From positions 16,864,001-16,928,000 of the forward strand of contig NC_086097.1 of the NCBI RefSeq assembly GCF_963921235.1: a stretch of 64,000 nt of DNA. The letters run 5' to 3'. Position numbers and translations under genes: made by a program. Below, piece by piece: positions 49,321-61,270 of the stretch. The notes beneath the pieces are model-generated. The model did no database searches and had not been told where the DNA came from. It was given only the letters and a program-made list of their open reading frames with translations. Each line of letters starts with the position of its first letter. Positions within the stretch are counted from its first letter, which is position 1. This DNA is from Mobula hypostoma (Eukaryota).

Positions 49321-50789
49321 AATAAGACCATTCCTACCGCAATGTGAAGATTCCATAAATTAGCCTTGAGCCCATTATTTTCAAAGAAGTAGAAATGCTC
49401 TGCACTTGCATATATCTTTCATGAGTTGTTTATCCTGTATGGTAATAAAGGAAAATTACAGTCTATTTTGTACAGCAAAATCTCACAACTGTTAATGAGG
49501 TAATGACGAGGTTATTTGTTTTAATGGTGTGGAGTGAGGGATAAGTATTGTCCACATCACCAGAAAATTATCTCAGAAAATGATTAGATATTTTGCTACA
49601 TGTGTTCCATTGAATAATTATTCTCATCTGAAAAATGCATAGATGGGGCTGCATTTGATTTCTCAATCAAGGAAAAGCCCCTCTGACTGTGTAGGACATC
49701 CTCATCAATGCAATAGCCACTCAGCCTTGAATTTTCTCTGTGTGATCTGTGATTGAAACCTATTATTGTTTGACTCTTGGGCAAGAGTGCTACCAGCTGA
49801 ACCACTATGTTGCTGACATTAATAGAAAATTGTTTTGACAGTGAGGTCCAAAGCTATTAGTTCCAGTTCAGAATCAATATCATTTCATCTCAAGATACAG
49901 CTGCCACCAAGGCTGTAATTATTATTTAACCCTAAGTTTGTTTGGGAAGTTGGAAGGGAGGGGGCTTTGTGAGCAGCTATGATCACCATACAGCGCATTA
50001 GAGATGGTGGGAAAGGAGTGAATGGTTAAGTAGGAGGCAAAGAGAAAAGTAAATAGGCTGCTTTAATCTGAATATTATTGAGCTTCTTAAGTAGTGTTGG
50101 AGCTCTGTGATCCATGACAGTGGTTAGTCAATCCTGACCTATGCTTTGCGGAAAGAGAACAGTTTGGTACATCTGGTGGTGAGTTCCTCATTGCAGGATA
50201 CCAGTCTCTGCTTTTGGAGCCCTGGTGGTTATGATGTTCAGCTTCAGGTCAATGTTGACTCCTTGCATGCTGACCATCTTGGAATGTCCTACTCAATGAC
50301 TCGAGAGGTAACTTCACCATGTTGAAATGACTTCTAGAGCTCAGGCCCTTCCAAAATGTCTTTGACAAAATCATCAGCTGAGAGCACACCTTATGGAGTT
50401 AAAGAAAAGTTGCACTTGGTAAGAAGGGGTTCTAAGTACAGAAAATAGGTAATGTTTGAAGAATTGAGGTGTAGCATAATGGTTAGCATGACGCCATTAC
50501 AACTCAGGGTGTTGGAGTTCAGAGTCCTCTGTAGGTATCTCTATACATCCTCCCTGGGGAATGCATAGGTTTCCTCTGGGTCATCTGGTTTCCTTCCACA
50601 TTCCTAAGACATACTGGGAAGGTTAATTAGTCATTGTATATTGTCCCATGATTAGGTTAGGGTTAAATTTTGACTGTCGGGTTTTGTGGCTCGAAGGGCC
50701 GGAAAGGCCCATTCCACAATATATCTCTAAATATATCTCTAAACTTGTGATCCGGAACCCAACAAGAATTCCAGATATGGCCTACAGAA

Positions 50790-51950
50790 GGTTATCGTAA
50801 GAATAAGAAAGCAATTCCAAATGAAGTCAGAAACTCAATCAGCTGCGCATCAGCTGTGGCAGGACTTGCATGCCATTGCTTCCTATAAAGTAAAATCTAA
50901 CATCATAAATGGTTGTACAGCTTCACTCCCTGATGAGCTCAACGCCTTTTATGCATGCTTTGAAAGAGGGATTAAAACTACACCTGTGCGAATCCCTACA
51001 GCATCTGGCGACCCTATGATACCCGTCTCAGAAGCTGACGTCAGAGCTATGTCAGGCTATTGTTTATTGATAACAGCTCTGCATTCAATACTGAATACTG
51101 ATCAACATTCTTCAAAACCTGCCCCTCTGTACCTCCCCCTGCAACTGGATTCTTGACCTCCTCATCGGGAAACTACAGTCAGCGCGGATTAGAAATAACA
51201 TCTCCTTGCTGACAATCAACACAGGCACACCTCAACAATTTGTGCTGAGTTCTCTGCTCTACCCTTTCTACACACATGACTGTGAGGTTAGGCACAGCTC
51301 AAACAACATCAAAATGCATACTCGAGTAAGGTTGCAACAATATCCCTGCGCTACGTATCAGTAGGAACAAGGAATTGATTGTAGACTTTAGGAAGTAGAA
51401 GTTGGGAGAACATGATCAGCGAGAGATCAGCAGTAGAAAGGGTGAATTGTTTTAGATTTCTGGGCATCGACATCTCAGAGAATCTATCCTGGGCCCAACA
51501 TATTGATGCAATTAGGAAGAAGTCACGCCAGCAGCTATGCTTCATTAGGAGTTTGAGGAAATTTTGTACATCACCAAAGACGCTAGCAGATTTCTGCAGA
51601 TGTACTGCAGAGAGCATTCTGAGTGGTTGCATCATCGTCTGGTATGAAGGCGCCAATGCACTGGATTAGAAAAAGCTGCAGAAAGTTGCAAACTGAGCCA
51701 ACTCCATCGTGGACACTGGCCTCCCCACCACCAAGGACGTCTTCTAAAGGTCATTCCACAAGAAGGCAGCATCCATCGTTAACGACCCTCACCATCCACA
51801 ACCAGCCCTCTCCTCATTATTACCATCAGGAGGAGGCACACTCAATGTTTTAGAAATGGCTTTCTTCACTCCACCATCAGACTACTGAATGGTGTATGAA
51901 CCCAAGAATGCTGCCTCACTAATTTGCTCTTTTTTCCACTATTAATGTAT
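50790..51950 (+). mobile_element. Rex1/Babar-like element with internal deletions
   Basis: 'ASLPDELNAFYACFE', 'VERVNCFRFLGIDISENLSW', 'CTAESILSGCIIVWY'. Confidence 0.8.
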
Positions 51951-51956
51951 TTTTAC

Positions 51957-52570
51957 TACATTGGAATCCAGTTAATTGGGACACATTGGGACCAGTACTT
52001 TCTGGCCCAATTAAGTGGCTGCTCCAATTAGTTGAATTTTCATGGAAATAATTAAAATGGTACAAAAATGCAATCTACGATTTGAGTAACAAATAATGTA
52101 CTTAAAATGAAATGCACAATAAATTAGAACACTATCAATAATACTACTGTACTATAAAACTGTGTATTAGTTCCTAATAGTTATTGATGGAAGAATTCAT
52201 TCAGTGTAAGCTGATGTATTCTTGTGATAGACTGCAAATGAACAAAGTCAGCATAGACACCTAGTGCAGATAGTAGACTGCTTTCAAACAGAGATGTTGA
52301 TGCTTGCAGCCTCCGAGCCTTTATTTTAATCGTAACATTCAAGATGATTGTTGATACCTTGAAATCCTTTGTAGTTCCTAACTTGTTGAAGTAGCAAAAT
52401 CATTTCACTTTCACTCCTGGCCGTTTTTTGCATCTCCAAGTCTGAATGCTTGAAACCACAGTGAACAAAACGGTTCTGAATTGTCTTACTGTATATTACT
52501 CGCCAACTACCAGTGACAAAGATCACTGCTTTTTGAACACAAATATGCAAGTGACACTATTTATAAACTG
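51957..52570 (-). mobile_element. Tigger/pogo-like DNA transposon relic
   Basis: 'VIFVTGSWRVIYSKTIQNRFVHCGF' resembles the Tigger C-terminal 'AW..V...TI.NCF.KAGF' motif; TIR-like end 'tacattggaatccagttaattgggacac'. Confidence 0.5.
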
Positions 52571-52644
52571 TTCGCCATTTTCTGTCCTGTAATTTCTTTC
52601 TGTGTCATGTGGTGGATTGGGCAGCAACCTTGGTGTTTCTTTCA

Positions 52645-53174
52645 ATACACACAAAATGCTGGTGGAACGCAGCAGGCCAGGCAGCATCTATTGGAAGAGG
52701 TACAGTCGACGTTTCGGGCCGAGACCCTTCGTCAGGACTAACTGAAAGAAGAGATAGTAAGAGATTTGAAAGGGGGAGGGGGAGGGGGAGGTCCAAAATG
52801 ATAGGAGAAGACCGGAGGTGGAGGGATGGAGCTAGGAGCTGGAAAGTTGATGGGCAAAAGGGATACAAGGTTGGAGAGGGAGAGGATCATGGGACGGGAG
52901 GCCTAGGGAGAAAGAAAGGGGGAGGGGAGCCCAGAGGAAGATGGAGAGCAGGCAAAGAGTTTTAGTGAGAAGGACAGAGGGAGAAAAGAGAGAGAGAGAA
53001 AGAGAAAAAAGGGAACAAACAAACAAATAAATAAATAAATAAGGGATGGGGTAAGAAGGGGAGTAGGGGCATTAATGGAAGTTAGAGAAGTCAATGTTCA
53101 TGCCATCAGGTTGGAGGCTACCCAGACAGAATATAAGATGTTGTTCCTCCAACCTGAGTGTGGCTTCATCTTGA
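52645..53174 (-). mobile_element. 5'-truncated PLE 3' end with an intact hammerhead at 52703-52740
   Basis: Encodes the GIY-YIG C-terminal tail and the 3' UTR; imperfect TSD tgtttcttt(c)aata. Confidence 0.85.
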
Positions 53175-54099
53175 CCTGTTTCTTTAATATTTTTGTCTTT
53201 TTTTTAACGAGGCTGAGTGCTAGCTTGATGCTCAAACCAGCATGGTGGAAGGAGCTGGCCATATTCAACATGGGACTACTTGCCTCGAAGTCCAGTGCCA
53301 ATGCCACTATACCACCAACTGGCTATTTTCTGTCTAATTGGGAAAAAATCTGGAATAAAAATCTAGAATCTAAATAAATCAGGAAGCTAGTATCACTAAT
53401 GCTGTCTATAAAGCTACCAGACTGTGGAATAAAAACCCTGTGATTTCTTCGGAAGGCCATCTGCCATCCGTAGCCACGACATAGATCTCCTGAGAGAGCA
53501 TTGGTTTCTTTGTTTAGTTTCAGACCCAAAGCAATGTGGTTGACTGTCCTCTGAAATGGTCTGACAAACTACTCAATTCAGAGACAATAGTGGGGTGTAG
53601 TAAATGCTGTCCATGCCAAGGACGTCCACATCCACAGACATATAAACAGAATAAATTAAAGGAAACAAGAAAACGTGCTAGAAAAATGCACCCATTTATG
53701 CCCTTGTGTCCAGGATCAGACATAGAGCATACCCAGAAACGGGGACATCTCCTTTTCCCTTACTAGGGAGAGAGAGAGAGAGAGAGCCTGTGGTATGTTG
53801 AATACCGGGTGAACAACTAGTCTTCGGGGTACTGCAAGTCTGTGTCTTTATTGATGTTTTGCTGCACACTTGCGTGCTCGGTGGGGGGCGCCGATGCTTT
53901 TTTGTTGGGGGAGGTTCGTTGCTTTGTTGCTGCTTATGTGTAGGAGGGGGGAGTTGGGGGGGAGCTTTGGGGTTCTAACATTTAACTGTCATTAATTCCT
54001 TGGGGCACTCCTCTGTTTTCATGGATGAATTTCAGGATGCATATTGTATACATTTTTCTGACATTAAATGTACCTATTGAACCTATTGAATGCTGAGTT

Positions 54100-55137
54100 A
54101 CAAACAAGAGAAAGTCTGCAGATGCTAGAAATTTGAGCAACACACACAAAATGCTGAAGGAACTCACCCTACCAGAGATAAGGTTCCTCCTGTAGTCACC
54201 TACCACCCTACCAGCCTCCATGTCCAGCACATAATTTTCCAAAACTTCCGCCACCTACAACTGGATCCCGCCACCAAACACATTTTTCCCTCCCCTTCAC
54301 TTTCTGCTTTCCGCAGGAATCGCTCCCTACACGGCTCCCTTGTCCATTTGTCCCTCCCCACTGATCTCCCTCCTGGCACTTATCCTTGCAAGCGGAACAA
54401 GTGTTACACCTGCCCCTACACCTCCTTCCTCACTACCAATCAGGGCCCAAACAGTCCTTCCAGGTGAGGTGACACTCACCTGTGAGTCTGTTGGGGTCAT
54501 ATACTGTGTTTGGTTCTCCCGGTGTGGCCTCTTATATCGGTGAGACCCGATGTAGATTAGAAGACCCCTTTGCAGAGCATCTACACTCTGTCCGCCAGAA
54601 CAAGCAAGATCTCCCAGTGGCCACCCATTTTAATTCCACTTCCCATTCCCATTCCTATATGTTCATCTATGGCCTCCTCCACTGTCAGGATAAGGGCACA
54701 CTTAGGTTGGAGGAATAACACCTTGTATTCTGTTTGGGTAGCCGCCAACCTGATGGCATAAACATCGATTTCTCAAACTTCCAGTAATATTTCCACTCCC
54801 CCCCTTCACCATTTCCTATCCCCTTGTCCCTCTCTCATGTTATCTTCTTGCCCGCCCATTGCCTCCCTCTGGTGCTCCTCCCCCCTTTCTTCTTTCTTCC
54901 ATGGCCTTCTGTCTCTTTCACCAAACAGCTTCCTAGCTCTTTGCTTCATCCCTCCCCCTCCAACTTTCACCTATCGCCTGGTGCTTCTCTCTCCCCTCCC
55001 GCACCTTTCAAATCTACTCCTCAGCCTTTTCTCTCCAGTCCTGCCAAAGGGTTTCGGCCCGAAACGTCGACTGTACTTTTTTCCACAGATGCTGCCTGGC
55101 CTGCTGAGTTCCTCCAGCATTTTGTGTGTGTTGCTTA
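54100..55137 (+). mobile_element. Older 5'-truncated PLE with a short inverted 5' arm
   Basis: 12-bp TSD GAATGCTGAGTT at 54088-54099 and 55138-55149; 'TCESVGVIYCVWFSRCGLLY', 'YIGETRCRL...FAEHL'; decayed hammerhead at 55036-55073. Confidence 0.9.
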
Positions 55138-55834
55138 GAATGCTGAGTTGTTTAGTCAAATTAGTTGAGCACTGTTGGACACGTTGCTTTTTTTTAAAAT
55201 GGCCCTCCTCTCTGGTCAGCCATTGACTTCAAAAATTTTGTCTGTTCTTTGCACAATGTGGGAGGTGGAGAAAAAAAGCAACAAGACCAGTTTCTGAAGA
55301 CAATAAAAAATATATTTCATGTTAATGTCATGGAAGGCGTTGACAAGTACTATGAAGAGAGAAAAAGGGGGACATTAATCATTACATCCAAGTGAAACTG
55401 TGTTGGGGAAGTGGTGTGGGGGAATAAGGCAAATGTTTCCAATGTTGTGAGAAGCGCTTTGATATCCAAAGGCTTTACAAAGTGGTTAACGTAATACTTT
55501 ACAGCATCAATCATTGGGAGATCAGGATTCAATTCCCACTGCTGTCCGTAAGGAAATTGTATGTTCTTCCTGTGATTGTGTGGGTTTGCTCTGGCTGTCC
55601 CAGTTTCAACCCACATTCCAAACGGTGCACAATTAATGTTAGTAAGTTGCAGGCATGTCATATTGGTGTCACTTGTGGTCTGCTCCCATCCCAGATCATT
55701 CTCGGATTGTGTTAGTCGATGATGCCAATGACTCACCTCACTGTATGTTTCGATGTCCCTGCAACACATAAAGCTAATCTTGTAAAAAACCTTTGAACAA
55801 TGAGAAGCAAATGAAAGAGGTGGAACAGGTAGGG

Positions 55835-56442
55835 GAATGGTGTTTGGGGAGAAGTGCAGCTATATTTCTGCTGCATAAACTAACACCAGCCATAGTATTA
55901 TGAGCAGTTTTGGGCCACTTATCTAAGAAATGATGTGCTGACATTGTAAAGGGTTCAAAGGAGGTTCATGAAGATAATTCGGGATTGAAAGACCTCTCAT
56001 ATAAAGAGTGTTTGATGGCTTTGGGCCTGTACTCATTGGAATTCAGAAGAATGAGGGGTGACCTCACTGAAACCTATTGAATGTTGAAAGGCCTCAATAG
56101 AGTGGATGTGGAGAGGGTGTTTCCTGTGGTGGGGGAGTCTAAGACCAGAGGACACAGCCTCAAGATAGAGGGTCGTCCTTTTAGAACAGAGATAAGGAGG
56201 ACTTTCTTTAGTCAGAGAGTGGTGTACCAGTGGGATTTGTTGCAACAGGCAGCTGTGGAGGCCAAGTCATTGGGTATATTTAAGGGACAGATTGATAGAT
56301 TCTTGATTAATCAGGACATGAAGGGATACAGGGAGATGGCAGGAGTTTGGGGCTGGGGGGGAAAATAGATCAGCAATGATGAAATGGTGGAGCAGACTTG
56401 ATGGGCCAAAGGAGCCTCATTCTGCTCCTATATCTTATGGTA
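55835..56442 (+). mobile_element. CR1 3' fragment
   Basis: 'MLKGLNRVDVERVFP...TRGHSLKIEG'. Confidence 0.85.
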
Positions 56443-56993
56443 TCTGCCTCAGGACCTTATCAAGTCTCAGTAGATGCAACAATATCCTTTAAAATACTTC
56501 CCACAGTTGACAGACTGGTACCTTCCCCATCACCCTTCCACACAACTCAGAGAACATATGCCCTTTTTATAATTACCTCCTCTGCACAGCTGGTTGTTTG
56601 AATAATTCAATCCTTCTCAATGTACTCCTGTAGAAAAAAACATTGATAGCAAACAACAGTCCAGGTGTTACAGATTCATAGATCCATAGGGTTAGACAGA
56701 AAGCAAACATGCCCTTCAGTCCAACACATTCATGCCAACCAAGATGCCTGCATGAGACCCATATCCCTTCAAATCTTTCCTATCCATTTCCCTGTCCAAA
56801 TGTCCTTTAAATGTTATAAGTTTACTGCCTCTTCTCATGGATTCTTCCATGTGCGCATCACTCTCAGTTTATAAGAAAAACTTTCCATCAGATCGCCTGT
56901 AAATCTTTCTCCCCTCACCTGAAACCCTTCCCTCTAAACTTATACTCCCTTACTCTGAGAAGAGCATTGTGTATAGCGCACATATGTTTAGCT

Positions 56994-57294
56994 CAAAGTC
57001 AAAGTCTGTCCTGAGCCTTTGTGGCCCATCAGGCTGGTGCTTACGCTGGTTTCTGTGGCGTGAAGCGACTGAGAGTACGAGACTAACCCCCCCCTCCCCC
57101 CGGATAGGATGCCAGTCTATCGCGAGGTTAACCCCCAGCATTTGCCGGTACCCATTTTCAGCTGGGTGGACTGGAGCAGTGTGTGGTTAAGTGCCTTGCT
57201 CAAAGACACAACACGCTGCCTTGGCCGAGACTCGAACCCACGACCTTCAGATCGTGAGCCCAACGCCCTAACCACTTGGCCGCGCGCCACTCCG
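56994..57294 (-). mobile_element. Young tRNA-derived SINE with a CORE-like central block and a (CTTTGA)n tail
   Basis: A box CGGCCAAGTGG, B box GGTTCGAGTC, 'tgtgtctttgagcaaggcacttaac'; TSD atRtttagct at 56984-56993 and 57295-57304. Confidence 0.85.
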
Positions 57295-58029
57295 ATATTT
57301 AGCTAGGGTGCCCAAAACTTTTGCACAATTCTGTATTTGTCAATGAGGAGTGAAGAGTGAGTTTGTAAATCTGTCGGGAGAAACGGATGTTGGGAATGGT
57401 GAGAGTGGAGTGCCGTGGGAGGGGTGTGGGGCAGGTGGCAGAGGAGTGCCAGTGGTGGTGGTTGCTGCAGATGCAGACACACTCAGCCCCGAGACACCAG
57501 GAAAGGTCATTTGATTCCAAGCAATTAGTTTATTGATCAATACAAAATGTTTCTCCGGTGCCTCCGTTCCCCCTTTTCCCAACCATGATTCTCCTCTCCC
57601 TTCCCCCTTCCCACTCTCAGTCCACAATAGAGACCCATATCAGAATCAGGTTTATCTTCACTCACATATGACATGGAATTTGTTTTTTTTTTTGCAGCAG
57701 CGGTACAGTGAAAGACATAAAATTACTACAGGGCTGTGTAAAAGTCTTAGGTACCCTAGCTAAATACAGCATACAGTACATGTCTAAGTCTCTTACACTA
57801 TACTGTGCATCTACCCTGTCTATGCTACTCATAACATAGAAACCTTTGTAAGTTCACCTTTCGGCCTCCCCAATCCTTGCCTGTCCAAACTCCTTATAAC
57901 TTAAGCCCACCAATCCAAGCAACATTCCTGTGAAAGTCTTCTGCACCTTGTCTGGCCAAAGAATAGCCTTTATCCAGCTGTATCAGACTCTTGAATAGAT
58001 CTCTCAGATGCCAGCTATGAATTCTTCAA

Positions 58030-59045
58030 GGCCTTTCACCATTTGATAGGTTTCAATGAAGTCACCCCTCAAGTCTCTGAATTCTAGTGAATACAGGTCC
58101 AGAGCCATCAAACACTCTTCACATGACAAGCCATTCAATCCTGGAATCATTTTCTTGAACCTCCTTTGAACCCCCTCCAATTTCAGGTCATCCTTTCTAA
58201 GACAAGGGGCCCCAAACTGCTCACAATACTTCAAGTGAAGCCTCTCCAGTGTTTTATAAAGTCTCAATATTACATCCTTGCTTTTATATTCTAGTCCTCC
58301 TGAAATGAATGCTAACATTGCATTTGCCTTTCTCACCACATCACCAGTCTCAACCTGCAAAATAACCTTTAAGGAATCCTGCACGAGGACTCCCAAGTCC
58401 CTTTGCACCCCAGTTGTTTTGTATTTTCTCTCCATTTAGAAAATAGTCAACCCTTTCATTTCTTCTACCAAAATGCCCATTCCTTTGCCCATTCTCCTAA
58501 TCTGTTTGTCCTTCTGTAGCCTCTCAAAACTATCTGCCCCTCCACCTATCTTCATATTGTCTGCAAACTTTTCACCAAAGCAATTAATTCCATCATCAAA
58601 ATCATCAACATATAATAATTGATATATAAATATGAAATATAATATGAGTCATTGATATATAAAGAATTGGTCCCAACACAGTTCCCTGTGGAACACCACT
58701 AGTCACTGGCCGCTGCCAGAAGCGTTACCCTTTATTCCCACTCTTTGCCTCCTGCCAGTCAGCCACTACTTAATCCATGCTAGAATCTTTCCTATAACAC
58801 CTGGGCTCATAGTTTGTTAAGCAGCCTCATGTGTGGCACCTAGACCTTCTGAAAATCCAGGTACACAACATCAACTGATTCTCCTTTGTCTATTCTGCTT
58901 GATATTCCTTCAAAGAGTTCCAACAAATTTTCAGGCAACATTTTTCCTTAAGGAGACCATGCTGACGACAGCCTCTTTTATCATGTGCCTCCAAGTACCC
59001 TGAGACCTCATCCTTTATAATCAACTCCAACATCTTCCCAACCTG
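58030..59045 (-). mobile_element. Decayed CR1
   Basis: 'QRDLGVLVQDSLKV...GLEYKSKDVILRLYKTL'. Confidence 0.85.
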
Positions 59046-59594
59046 TGCTGGTCTCCTGAAATGATAATGCTAGGTAATTAAAGGTTACTGACTCTCTCCA
59101 CCTCTGATCCCCTAATGAGGACTGTCTTACTTGTTGTTGTAGCTCCATTGATCCAGATTGTTAATCTCCCTCCTACATGCTGATTCATCACCTAGTTTGA
59201 TTCAGCCAATGACAGTGGTGCTGTCAGCACACTTAAAGTGGCATTGGAGCTATACTTAGCCACACGGCTATAAGTGTAAATCAACAAGAACTGGGGCTAA
59301 GCACACAGCCTGTGCTGATGGAGATTGATGAGGAGATGTTGTTGCCAATCTGAACAGACTAGTGAGGAAATCAAGGATCTAATAGCACAAGGAGATATTG
59401 AGGACTAGGACAAAGCTTATTGATTAGTTTTTAGGGTTGATAGTATTGAATGCTGAGCTATAGTAATTGAAGAGCATCCTGATGTATTCATCTTTGCTAT
59501 CCAGATGTTCCAGGATTGAAGGAAGAACCAAGGAAATGGCATCTGTTGACCTGCTGTGACGGTAGGCAAATTGGAGTGGATCCAAGTCACCTAG

Positions 59595-60000
59595 ACCTTA
59601 AGACCATAAGACAAAGGAGCTGAAGTTGGCCATTCGGCCCATCGAGTCTGCTCCATCATTTTATCATGAGCTGATCCATTCTCCCATTTAGTCCCACTCC
59701 CCCGCCTTCTCACCATAACCTTTGATGCCCTGGCTACTCAGATACCTATCAATCTCTGCCTTAAGTACACCCAGTGACTTGGCCTCCACTGCTGCCCGTG
59801 GCAACAAATTCCACAGATTCACCACCCTCTGACTAAAAAAATTTCTTTGCATTTCTGTCCTGAATGGGCGCCCTTCAATCCTTAAGTCATGCCCTCTCGT
59901 ACTGGACTCCCCCATCATGGGAAACAACTTTGCCACATCCACTCTGTCCATGCCTTTCAACATTCAAAATGTTTCTATGAGGTCTCCCTTCACTCTTCTC
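59595..60000 (-). mobile_element. CR1 3' fragment with tail
   Basis: ORF 59688..59963 is a CR1 C-terminus. Confidence 0.85.
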
Positions 60001-61270
60001 AGGCAGGAGTTGATATGTTTCATCATTAATCTTCAAACCACTTTATCACAGTGGATGTAAGTGATACTGGATGATAGTCGAGTCAGGTTACCACGTCCTT
60101 CTTAGGCACCAGTATAATCGAAGCCTACTTGAAGCAGGTGGGTACCTCAGCCTACTGAAGTGAGAGATTAAAGATATTGGTGAACACTAGCCAGTTGATC
60201 AGCGCAGGTGTTTAGTTCTCAGCTAGGTACCCCATCTGGGCCAGATGTTTTCCGTGGGTTCACCCTCCTGAAGGATGCTGTCATGTCAGTCTCAGGGACT
60301 GGAATCACAGGAGCTGTAGCAGTCCATGAAGGTGCCTCCATGCTTTGATGGCCAAAGCGAGTATATAAGGCATTGAGCTCATCTGGGAGCAAAGTTTTAT
60401 TGTCACCTATGTCGCTTGGTCTGGGCATCAGCTGTTGACTTGTTGCGACAGTGGGCCAATTGGAGTGGATCCAAACCACTTCTCAGGGAGAGTTGATATG
60501 TTTCATCACCGGCCTCTCGAAACATTTCATCACAGAGGATGTAAGTGCCGCTGGATGATTGTCATTGAGGAAGGTTACCACATCTTCTTAGGCACTGGTG
60601 TAATTGAATCCTGCTTGAAGCGGGTGGGTACCTCAGACTGCCGTCCATATTTCCCTTCATAGATGCAGCCTGACCTGCTGAGTTCCTCCATCATTTTGTG
60701 TGTGTTGTCTTGCATATTGTTCATACAGATCAAATCGTTATGCAGTGGGTTGAGGCAGAACAAGGTAAAGCAATAGCAAAGCAGATCAAGGTGTAAGAAA
60801 GTACACTGCAGGTAAGCAATAAAGTGCAAGATCATAAAGAGATATATTGTGAGGTCAAGAATCCACCTTGCCATACAAGGAGCACGTTCAAGAGTCTGAT
60901 AACAATGGGATAGAAGCTGACCTTGAGTCTGGTAATATGTGCTTTCAGGCTTTTGTATCTTCTGCCCATTGGGAGAGGGAGGAGAGAGGATGTCCAGGGT
61001 GGGTGGGGGCTTTGATGATGCTGGCTGCTTCATAGAGGCAGTGAGAAGTGTAGACAGAGTCCATAGAGGGAAGGCTGGTTCTTGTGATGTGCAGGGCTGT
61101 GTTCATAACTCTGCAGTTTCTTGTGATCGCCATACCAAACCATAGTGCATCCAGATAGAATGCTTTCCATAGTGCATAGATAAAAATTCGCCAGGGTGTC
61201 TCGAGACATGCCAAATTTCTTTAGCCTCCTAAGGAAGTAGAGGCATTAGTGAGCTTCTGTAGCTGTGTTA
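60000..61270 (-). mobile_element. Rex1/Babar-like fragments
   Basis: 'LPDELNALYTRF...SFRRVNPRKTSGPDGVP', 'FKQDSITPVPKK', 'AASIIKAPTHPGH'. Confidence 0.7.

Noticed and set aside
18948..55137. Recurrent 40-100 bp palindromic repeats as a CRISPR array or DNA-transposon TIRs
   Set aside because: They are dispersed, have no regular spacers, have variable TSD lengths and match the PLE pLTR
57215..57294. tRNA gene
   Set aside because: A and B boxes are present, but it continues into a SINE body and tail bounded by a TSD
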